Below, piece by piece: positions 10,601 through 20,000 of a stretch of DNA of 20,000 nucleotides; positions within the stretch are counted from its first letter, which is position 1; each line of letters opens with the position of its first letter. The translations under genes and the position numbers were made by a program. The notes under the pieces were generated by a model. That model ran no database searches, was not told where the DNA came from, and worked only from the letters and a program-made list of their open reading frames with translations. The DNA comes from Trichinella spiralis (lineage: Eukaryota), in contig NW_003526945.1 of the NCBI RefSeq assembly GCF_000181795.1, forward strand, positions 1,538,466-1,558,465, written 5' to 3'.

Positions 10601-12989
10601 TGTCTACATTCAATATTCAAAATGGTTGTTTATCAGTCAGTGTTAAGTTTGTCATGTGATAATTTCAGTTTAATAGAATAGAAAGTTCCAATTTCTGCCC
10701 TCGCATATTTTGATCATCAGGCATAGGCGTTAATGGAGTCCATCGGGTAAATTGATGTTACACCACTGATGATGAATCCATTTGGAAAAATATCCTTGGA
10801 AAGCTGAACACTGCTGCGCTAGCGAGCGAGCGCACACACACACACAGCATATCTCGGTTGTTTGCAGAGTTCCGGTTGCACAGAATTAGCGCACATTTAG
10901 AGAAAAGTGCTTGCTTGTTTAATTAATCAACTCTGGGCTGAATTATTGTCATTGTTGGTCGACCGTCGGTCGATTGATAGAGTAATTGATGCAAATTGAT
11001 TGCAAGGCGACAGGTGCTCGTTTCTGTGAACATGAACCTGCAACTGAATATTGAAAAGGGAAAATGGATTTCAGGCTAAATAAATAAATGTAAATTCGAA
11101 AATAACAATCATTAAAAACCTCTGACTAGCTCTTTTTATCACTTTACGATCGTGTTTTTCGCATTAATTTTATTCATCTAGTCATTTTTCTATTCACATC
11201 TGACCTTTTATACTTGAAAATTGTTTGCTATCTTTCCCCAAACTAATTGTGCTTTAGCTGCTAGCTGTGTAGATTCCATTTTCTTTTGGTTACGTTAGAC
11301 AAATTTAAGAATGAAATGTGAAAAAAGAAGTAGACCGAGTTTATTCTGTTTTGAAAATACTTTAAAATATTTATTTATTTATTTGTATTTGATTTGATTT
11401 AATTTGATTTGATGTGATTGATAAATTTTAGCAGTATTTGGTTTTGCGAAAAATGTCACGACCCAATGTGACTGAAGTTGTCGGAAGACTTAGTAAGTTG
11501 TTACTGATTGATTTGTAAATAGAATTATCATTTTTGTGCAAAATCTGTTCTTGACAGCCGTGTAATGAAAAATATTTTAGATACTGATGAGAGACCGTTG
11601 ACGAAAATTTTGTCAATGTTCAGTTGTTTCGATTTGATGCCAAAACAAGGATTAATTGTCAGTCTTGATACCAATTTGACAGTAAGTGGTGATGAAAAGT
11701 TAAAATAAGTGTTCATATTTCGTTTTTAAAATTTGATTCATTTGTTCACTGGCTTTTCGTACTTATTCGATGTTTGAATGATGGCAGATTCATCAAACGT
11801 TGGTTGCAATGTTGGGCAGCGGTGCGTTGTCTGCGTTGATTTGGGACTCTGATCGCCATTCTAACGTTGGTGTGATGACGTTGACCAATTTGCTGGGTGT
11901 CATGTTGAACAATAACGACGATTATCGTTGTTGGCTTGATCGCTCGTTGAAGTCGTGGATGTCTGATCCGGTGAAAAGTGCTTATTGTCCAAATCTGGAT
12001 GCTATGGTTACTCTTCACTCGAATGCCAAGTACGTGTTTCTTGTACTTTGTTTTTGCAACCGATCTTCGAAGTTTCTCTCTTGTAAATTTCGTTGATTTC
12101 GCGTTCATGTACTCATGTCGTTGCTCATGTTGTTTTTTATTATTATTTTTTTCTTTTCTAGACTGATCGAAGCCATCACTCTGTTGAGTTCATCGCGTTT
12201 GCATAGAATTCCAATTACTGACACGTATTCGGGAAATTTCATGTACATGCTATCCATGTGGAGCATCTTGAAATTTCTGCATCAATACGTACGTTGTGCA
12301 AAGTTGTGTCATTTGCTGCCGCTACTGCACACAGTTGTGCAGGAGTAGTTTTTTGTTCTCTGTTTCAGTTGATTCGACCGAGAGTGCTAATTGGAGGAGA
12401 GAACGTGTGGAACAAATTTAAATTTTGTCTGTTTGATTTTAGCTCTCCACCCTGCCGCTTCCTCAGGATATGTACAAGCCGTTGGATCATTTTAAATTTG
12501 GAACCTGGGAAAATGTGCATCGTGCCAAAGGTGAAGATACGGTTAGCGACGTGTTGCATGTGCTGCTCAACAATCGCATATCTTGTCTGCCGGTTGTGCA
12601 AGTCAACGAAGCTGAAGAAGAAACGGTGCTGAATATAATTACAAAAGTGGATATTGTGAACTATTTGGTCAAGTTCGGTTGGAAAAATCTGCGAGAGTTG
12701 ACCGTCAACGACATTGTCAATTGCCGATCATCGGTAAGCTGAAACACACACTGATCACAACTTTTAATATATGTATATTTTTATCTTGCTAATTATTTGT
12801 TATTTTAACTTTAAGACAGTCGAAGGAATGGTAACGTGTCATCGCAGTGTGCCTTTGCTGCTTGTCATTGACCTCTTCGTGCGACAGTCTGCTCATCGTT
12901 TGATTATAGTCGATTCGATGAAACATCTCGTTGGTGTTATCTCCATTGCCGATTTGTTGTTTTCGCTCATTTACGTTTTGAAAATTTGA
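7606..12989 (+). CDS. PRKAG: 5'-AMP-activated protein kinase gamma subunit (SNF4/PRKAG family, four CBS repeats), divergent, with long N-terminal extension; exons 7606-7794, 9966-10406, 11432-11492, 11581-11681, 11788-12029, 12162-12288, 12443-12733, 12816-12989 (about 541 aa)
   Basis: The core aligns colinearly with recalled AMPK gamma-1: SCFDLMPKQGLIVSLDTNLT (CYDLIPTSSKLVVFDTSLQ), ALIWDS..NVGVMTLTN (APLWDS..FVGMLTITD), RLHRIPITDTYSGNFMYML..ILKFL (KIHRLPVIDPESGNTLYIL..ILKFL), FGTWENV (IGTYANI), RISCLPVV, TKVDIVN, EGMVTC, AHRLIIVD..GVISIADLL. All junctions are phase-consistent. The core exons (11581-12989) are high confidence. Attachment of the N-terminal exons rests on phase match and a GC donor at 10407. 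Confidence 0.88.
8501..8518. repeat. (CCGA)4 intronic microsatellite
   Basis: ccgaccgaccgaccgacc seen directly. Confidence 0.8.
10341..10361 (+). repeat. (GGA)7 coding trinucleotide repeat (poly-Gly) in the AMPK gamma N-terminal extension
   Basis: Seen directly. It is in frame and encodes GGGGGGG. Confidence 0.85.
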
Positions 12990-13457
12990 TAATCAACCAG
13001 TTCAATGACTGTTTTTTCTTCATTATCTCATTTATGTGGTCATTACTTTTTAGCCTCCTCCTCCATTTGCCGCCTTTTCTCTCCCATCCAGTTCTCCAAG
13101 TTGCTTGCCTGCATGCTGCTTTCACCGTTAGAGAAAAGTCGGAAAAACGTTTAAAAAAAGCAAAACTACAACAAGTTGAACGACACTGGTTTTTGTTGTC
13201 ATCCCGTTGAATTGTTATTATCTCTGTTGCAGTTCAGGAAAGCAGTTGTTGTCCAATTATTATTCCTGAAGCTGTTTTGTTTTGCTCTGAATTTTACTTC
13301 GTTAGCCTCGAGCAATGAGCTGATGATGGATGTTATGGCGAATTTGAATATGCGAACCGAAAATTTGTACTTTGATCGGCATCAGTTGAAGGTCCGTTGT
13401 GTTTGTTCTTTGAAATAAATTTCTCCCAACTAATGTGGGTGTTGCTGAGGAAAATTT

Positions 13458-13485
13458 CCCCCCTTCTCCCTCCCCCCCCCTACCC
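13458..13485 (-). other. Canonical G-quadruplex-forming motif
   Basis: The minus strand reads GGG TA GGGGGGGGG A GGG AGAA GGGGGG: four or more G3+ tracts with 1-4 nt loops. Confidence 0.7.
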
Positions 13486-15311
13486 ATCCTCCTGCTACCA
13501 TTTTACATTTCAGTCGTAATTTTGCGTCATATTTATTCTGAATGCCCACAGGCGAATTTGCCGAGAAGATAAAAGATTTTTATAATTTGTCACACGCCCG
13601 TCGCAAATTATAAAAAATGCACAAACTTTTGAAAGTTCAAATGACAAAGAAAATGGTAAGCGTGGAATGGTTTGCGTGAATGATTATTTAATTCAACAAG
13701 CTTTTTCCAAAAGGCTGTGGTACATGCGATGTATAGCCGTTCCAGAATTTAAATTTCATAAACTGTCTAACTGTAGCAGTAATTCCATTTGAAAAGGTGC
13801 ATTTTTATTTCAGACTAATTTGCTCTTTTTGCAATCAGTGCATACACCGATTGCATCACAGAATAATTTTAGCACATGCCTGAAATTGAAAAAAAAGAAG
13901 TGACAAATTTTTAATTTACTTATTTACAAGCATTTTATTTCAGTTCAGCTATTATAAATAGTAATTTATCTTTAGAATAAATTAAGATAATTAAGCAGAT
14001 AGCAGTTCAAAAAATAGTTTTTTTACAGTAAGCAGTATTATAAGATATTATTAATGAAAACATTACGTTATATTTATTAAATTTAAATTCTTTTTAATTG
14101 ACAATTTTTTGACCCGCATTATTTGTAAAATAAGAAACAAGAAACATATATAAAATAAAAACTTGATTATCATTAACTTACATTATGTACAGTAATGTTT
14201 GTTTTTGTTCTGTCCGGTTGTTTTGCTCTGAAAGAGAATTTTCAATATTGAGTGAGCAAGCAGTTCATCGAATGTGAATAATGTTACAATAAGAGGATTT
14301 TCTAATGTTTCTACAGCCGTCCTGCATGAGATCAAAGTTTCTAAACAGTGCTTTTGCTTTAGGAAGGTGTCTTACATTTCCGCTGAGTAAGCTTATGAAA
14401 TTTATTTCCAACAGTGCCTAAATTTTATTGCTTGAACGTTTTGTTTTTCTTTTAACTGAATAAGCCTGATTATGTATTATTTTATAACAACAGTTTAAAA
14501 TAGCGCATACAATGAAAATTAGATATTTTATTACTATTCCGGGTGAAATTTAATGCAGTATTTAGGTAATTGTAATGTTTTGGTCAATTTTACAGTCCAG
14601 AATTTTCCATGTTTGTAACTTAACTGTTTTGCCAGTAGGAGATTTTCTTTTAACCAGTGATTCAAAACGGATACTCTGGTCTGTCAGAACTGTTTTGTTT
14701 TGTTTTGTTTTCATTTATGCTGTTTTTGTCATGCTTAGCTTAAATGATATGACAGCTTGTAAATAATTCGAACTGCTTAACAGTCATTAAAGTATTTTTC
14801 AAAACAAATACAAGTGAAGGAATGAAACGATGAATTATTGTTTAACTTTTGTTTTTCAATAAATCCATTCTTGCTGTGTATAAGTTAAGAATAATACAGC
14901 ATATGATAGTACGATCGATTTATTTTGTTGCATACTTTGTATATTTTATTTAATAAATGAATGCAGTTAATTATGTAATAAGTTGAAACTGTGAAAATTT
15001 GTTTCACAACAGGGCACAATCAACAGTTCACGAGAATTTATGCATTGTTTAATTTTAAGATGTACACGAAGTAGTCGGCTGTTTCTTAAAATATTTTTTT
15101 TGCATTTCTGGTTTTTTGTATTAATAGAAATAGCCTTTTGTCATAAATTTAGGATACGCTTTTCGTATATTTATTTGCTTTTCACTTGTTCATATATTTT
15201 TGATTGTTGTAAAATCTTTTACCGTATTCTAGCAACGAACTTTGAGCAGTTAATTTGTTGCCTGTTCTCTGCGTTTCGTTTGGAAACTTCTTGCCGCTAA
15301 AAACAGTTGAA

Positions 15312-16701
15312 ATGTCTAATAAGGAAAAGCTAAATTTAATGCGAAGTTCAGTACTTTGGTCATCGAATAAAGCAAGCATTCTACAGTACAGTAAGTTTAA
15401 TTTTTCGATTACACTGTTGCATCTCTTGTTTGTCACATTTGATTATTTTATTGTTGTATGTGAATATTTGATTGTAAATATTTGCAAATAAAGAAAAAGT
15501 TATATATTGTTTTAAGAGCATACCTTTCAACCACTGCAACTGTAAATCAATCAGGTTGAAAACGTGTACAGTTTTGCGGAATATGTATTTTTTGTATAAT
15601 AATACAAAGCATTAGATCATTCGAAAATGCATTTGTATATTTGAAACATTTTTTATTTGTATATTTTTTAAATTTAAGATTATTTGAACGACATTCCGTT
15701 TAAGTTGAACGATCGATTTGCACCTATTCCGTCGCTTCCATTAGGTGATTGTGAGCCGGAGGTGAAGTTGAAAACAGAATTGCTGGAAAGAGACGTAAGG
15801 GTGTTTGCAGTTTATTGCGTTTGTTTTTTCTGAGCAATTATTTTCCAGTGTAATAATTGCTTACTAGTTGAGTTGCAGTGTAATTTTTTGATTAAAATAT
15901 CGTTATTATTAAAATGTAAATTGCAGTATTTTAATAGCTTGTAAGAATTTTTGTGCAATATGGTAATGGAGCTTTTCTCTTTTAAATGAAATGTACAGGT
16001 TAATTTTGAACTTGAGAAACGGATACTGTGCAGTGAATTAGCTGCTGAAGGAACCGGGTATGTTTGCCCAGCACTGTTGCAGCAGCAAAATGGACCGGGT
16101 TGCAGTGATTCGGCTTTTTCGTCAGAAATGACGCGGTGTCGCAGTTTGCCTGATTTTAAAGGTCTTCATGTACCATTTCCGAGGTATTTGTTTTGGCATA
16201 GATGCAATTTTTATAACTGATATTTATTTTTAATCAACTTTGCTTTGTTTTTTTTGTATCAGCTATTCGAAGGTGTTAGAGCCGACCAGATCTAACGATT
16301 TGAAAAGTTCCGTTGTTGAAAGATCACCAGAATGTCAGTTAGATGTTGATGCAATTGAAGAATTTGAGCCTGTGGAAAGTACACCGTTTGATGCCATACA
16401 GTTGAACACTATTGATGATTTGGAAGAGTTGCGACTTGTTTTGGAATGTGCAAAGCAGAACGAGAAGCAGGAAAATATTTTGGCCAGGTCGTCACATCAC
16501 AATGTTATGCATGGAAATGCTCAAACTATATTCAGATATAGCCCTATTGTACGACCTTGGTTTGGGCAGAATGAAAATTCATCGAATGATTTGTCCTACA
16601 TGAATATAAATGCACCAGCCGGTTTTAATCCATTGACTTCAAGCTTCAGCTACCTCGAGGAAGCCGACAGAATGAATGAGTCAGATGGAAAGAATGCTTG
16701 A
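15312..16701 (+). CDS. UBAP1: UBAP1-like ESCRT-I subunit (UMA domain), apparently lacking the C-terminal SOUBA domain; exons 15312-15390, 15679-15794, 15999-16183, 16263-16701 (about 272 aa)
   Basis: The spliced product contains NYLNDIPFKLNDRFAPIPSLPLG...ERDVNFELEKRIL, matching the recalled UBAP1 UMA domain (SYLDDVPFKTGDKFKTP..LPIG...YDFSLEKKTI). It also contains EEFEPVESTPFDAIQLNTIDDLEELRLVL, matching UBAP1 [27 protein letters not shown]. Introns are GT-AG with phases 1, 0 and 2, all consistent. The start codon is less certain. Confidence 0.82.
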
Positions 16702-16800
16702 CCACTTCAATAGTTTGTTTATTGGCTGCACTTTTTACTTCTGTTACGATCGCTACCATTTACAACAAACAAACAGTAAAGCGTTCGATGTAATCAGTAG

Positions 16801-16806
16801 TTTATT
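16801..16806 (-). promoter_or_regulatory. Candidate polyadenylation signal (AATAAA on - strand) for the transgelin-like gene
   Basis: tttatt on + at 16801-16806, about 180 nt past the stop. A second copy lies at 16718-16723. Confidence 0.35.
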
Positions 16807-16849
16807 GTAACTTGATCTCATACAAAGAGATTATTTTCATCTGCATAGC

Positions 16850-16854
<5 letters not shown>

Positions 16855-16906
<52 letters not shown>
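16855..16906. repeat. (AT)26 microsatellite between convergent genes
   Basis: Seen directly. Confidence 0.97.
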
Positions 16907-16915
<9 letters not shown>

Positions 16916-16985
16916 AGAACGAGCATTGATCATATGTACATATGTATATGAATGGAATACACTTTTGGAATGTTTTGGAGCGTAA

Positions 16986-18394
16986 TTATTTTCCATTTAG
17001 TATTATTTGCCTTTGAGCTCCGTACGGTCGCATGCCTTTCTGTGATGCACCTTTATTGCTACCATACTGCATTGGTATGTACAGTTTTGCTTGAGTAACG
17101 ATTTCGGGTTTGAAATATCTTGGATTTTTATCAGACAGCTTGTATGCAAATTTTGCAACTGGCACTGGTGCCTGCTTTTTCATTGCCTGTAATTTGATTT
17201 GTAAGTGTTTTTTTGGTTTTTACTTCTAATGTTAAAAATGAACATTATCTACAAATGAGGGTGATTATAATTATTTTAAAAGATGTTCTTTTTTCAGCTT
17301 ATATAAGATGTAATTTTTTTTCAAATGTATGAGGACATTTTATGAAATGAACCAAGTCTCATTGAAGACATTTGATGTTTGAATTTTCACTAATTAAGCA
17401 TATTCATTTATAAAGGAAATTATGTTTAAACGAATTTATCGCGTTTTTTACTATATTCTACTTTATGCATAAGGAACGTTGAGCATAACTTACAGCTGCA
17501 GCGAACCACCTCAACGTTTCGAACACTTTGTACATGTGCTTGCGTTCATATAAATCTACAGTTTGGAAACAAGTAATTTCTGGTATTCCAAGTTTGCGAG
17601 CAGCGCTCAGAAAATTTGCAATATTTTCCATCTAAAATTGTTTATCATTTTAATTGAAAACAAAAACTGTTTTACGTACGCACCATGTGAAATGGCATTT
17701 TTGGTCGACGATTGTACTGGATACTTCCTGAGCCCATAACTTTTTCAGCCAATCTGGAAGCAATTCAGAAAAGAAGATTTAGCAGTTCGGTTATTTAGAA
17801 TAACGATTTTCCAGTAACATTACACTTTTTTTTTACAAAACACTACCCTAGGCAAGAAAGTCGTTTCATCAGTATGTACTGTTTGCGTTTGAATGATGGT
17901 TATCATGATCAAAGTTCCGGAAATTTCAGTATAGAAGAAAAGTAAAATTTTTCAACTGAAAAAGCAGAGCAATTAATAATTGGATATTACATCAATGATA
18001 TTAGTTAAAAAGGAACGGTCATTTCAGTTTCTGTATACTGTGATATTATCAAAGAATTATTTTTTTATTCGTTAGTTCAATTCAGACAACCGATAACTGA
18101 TAAGTTAATGGAGAAATCAACAACAGCCATGCTGATATATCTTACGCGCAAAGTTGAGTGCCGTCTTTAAGAGTTTCAGCAATGTCATTCTCATCCGTGT
18201 TGTGAGGATCAAGTGGCAAAGAAATCCCAGTCACTTGCACAACCCATGATAATATTTGACGTGCTTCATTCAGATCGAAGCGGGCTTGATTCTGAAAAAT
18301 GTTGAATTATTGAATGTAAAGGTAATGCAAATTGAAGCAGTACTTTGAGTTGTATTTCTTTGCTCAAACCATAAGCCGGACCATGATTAGCCAT
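16986..18394 (-). CDS. Transgelin/myophilin/Mp20-like actin-binding protein (CH domain plus one calponin repeat); exons 18394-18344, 18291-18146, 17753-17684, 17631-17494, 17186-16986 (201 aa)
   Basis: Spliced translation: MANHGPAYGLSKEIQLK / NQARFDLNEARQILSWV...ETLKDGTQLCA / LAEKVMGSGSIQYNRRPKMPFHM / MENIANFLSAARKLGIPEITCFQTVDLYERKHMYKVFETLRWFAAA / AMKKQ...IPMQYGSNKGASQKGMRPYGAQRQIILNGK*. It has the SM22-type N-terminus (MAN.GPAYGLS), CH motifs (LKDG..LC, MENI..FL, FQTVDLYE) and the calponin repeat (QYGSNKGASQKGM..YG..RQI). All introns are GT-AG and phase-consistent. Confidence 0.95.
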
Positions 18395-20000
18395 ATGACC
18401 GACCATACAGCAGTAATACAATTCAATGCTTCAGTGGGAACTGGAACTGCACACTGCTCAAGTTCATAAAAGTTCATTAACTTTTGCATATCTAGGATGA
18501 ACAGTGGAAAATTAATTGTGTCAGGCAAAACGATGAAACCGTCGTTCGTCGTTCTTATTGGCATCATAAATACCAAACACAAATAATCTCCAAATAATGA
18601 CAAAATTGCCACAGACTGCAACTGCTCAGAAATGCTGCTCTTCATGTTCCTGCAACGATCGACGTGTCAAAGATCTCAGTTACAAGCAAAGTTTGCAACA
18701 GTGGCACAAATTCCTGTACCAACTACACATTACCCAAAGCCAAAGTTGGAAAATTCCAACTTCCATTCAGTACAGTAACGCAGAAATTGTGGCAACGTTT
18801 TGAAAACATTCATGCCTCGAATGAAATAGATACACCGATCAATGTGAGCAAATATAATTAAAACACTTTGATCGACAACACTTCAGTTTCTTTGTATCAT
18901 CTGTTCTCTTAATTTAAACTGTAGTCAATTTTCTGACCAGAAAGCCAGTGACACTATGAAATTAAAAAACACAGATACCAGATTTTTGATGACAATCAAT
19001 TCTCTCAGAATTTGCACATTTTTTCCGATTCTCCGAATTTCATCTTGATGACCGACAGAGTTTTGCAGAGTTTCATCGGAAACTGTACAGTAGTTGTGAA
19101 AATAAGTACAATCTAAAGTTGTCCACGGCCTAACTTAATACACATTGAAGTTGCCCATCATGTTCTCGGTTTCAACATCAACAATAACAGCCAATTTCGG
19201 CACAAGAAAAAATATTTCTGACACCCAATCTATTAGATTTCTACTAATTTATCTTTCTTTACGATAAACTTTCAAAATCATTAATTTCAAACGGTGAAAA
19301 TGGAATAAATTAACAATTTATGAAAAACCAATGCGCCTATGAATAGTACTCATTGGAATTCTTTGACATATTTCTATATAGGTTAAGTACAACAAAAGGG
19401 TGCATCTGTGGAAGTGCAATGTATTAATAAATTCTTCATTCATTTATGGAAACAATATTGCACAATTATTAATTACAGAAACAATGAATTATTCAAAATT
19501 CATTATTTAAAAAGATATCTGACAGAATTGCTTGGTTGTAAACGTGATTAAGAGAAATAATGCAATATTAGATAAAAAGTGTAATTCATTGTGTTCATTC
19601 CAATTTATTCATATTACTCTATCGTTTACAGTGAATAAAATTGACTAATTAAAATTTTATCAATTTAAAGAGATATGTATTACAAAAATGAATTTCAGGT
19701 ACAAATGTTATTAGAATCAGCAACATTTCCTAGGGTTATAGGTTAAAGTATTTGCATAAATATTGCTAAAATTGAATTGTATTTCAAAGTATCAACATCC
19801 CATGTTTCATTTCCTTTCCTGTTATTCCCACTAAAATCACAATCACACGCAACTTTTTTGCCAATATCTCAACAAATACGCATTTATAAATCGTGCGACC
19901 AGGTTTGTAGTGATTATCTATTTTTTCTGATCGATTAAAATCATTTTCTCAAAAATTTAAAATGATCGCTTTTCAAAAAGCAAGCTATAGCTTGCTGTTT

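Noticed and set aside
11746..12108. 120-aa minus-strand ORF, and similar antisense ORFs at 9945-10418 and 12365-12601
   Set aside because: These are antisense shadows of AMPK gamma exons.
13360..13377. ENLYFD resembling a TEV protease site
   Set aside because: It is not ENLYFQ, there is no vector context, and the match is likely coincidental.
16802..16996. ORF with a (YI)n run
   Set aside because: Artefact of the (AT)26 microsatellite.
18364..18861. ORFs of 65-93 aa upstream of or overlapping transgelin exon 1
   Set aside because: No recognisable family and no consistent splice model. The real transgelin start at 18394 is in another frame.
1..20000. CRISPR array, tRNA/rRNA genes, transposase or reverse transcriptase
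   Set aside because: No spaced direct repeats, cloverleaf/rRNA signatures or mobile-element ORFs were seen.

Overview
AT-rich eukaryotic genomic DNA with short GT-AG introns and TTTTAG/TTTCAG-type acceptors. It is probably a nematode, and the composition resembles Trichinella (inference). Four spliced genes can be rebuilt by hand with phase-consistent junctions. (1) TMEM147 on +, 792-1602, with its first exon apparently upstream of the window. (2) A divergent AMPK gamma subunit with four CBS repeats and a long low-complexity N-terminal extension on +, 7606-12989; the model needs a GC-AG intron and has lost several conserved nucleotide-sensing residues. (3) A UBAP1-like ESCRT-I subunit on +, 15312-16701, with the UMA domain and central motif but apparently no C-terminal ubiquitin-binding SOUBA domain. 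(4) A transgelin/myophilin (SM22/calponin family) gene on -, 16986-18394, convergent with gene 3 across an (AT)26 tract. Other elements are microsatellites, an isolated G-quadruplex motif, small hairpins and a coding-like orphan segment near 3.0-3.5 kb. No prokaryotic systems, CRISPR arrays, RNA genes or intact transposons were recognised. Family assignments come from recalled reference sequences, not database searches.
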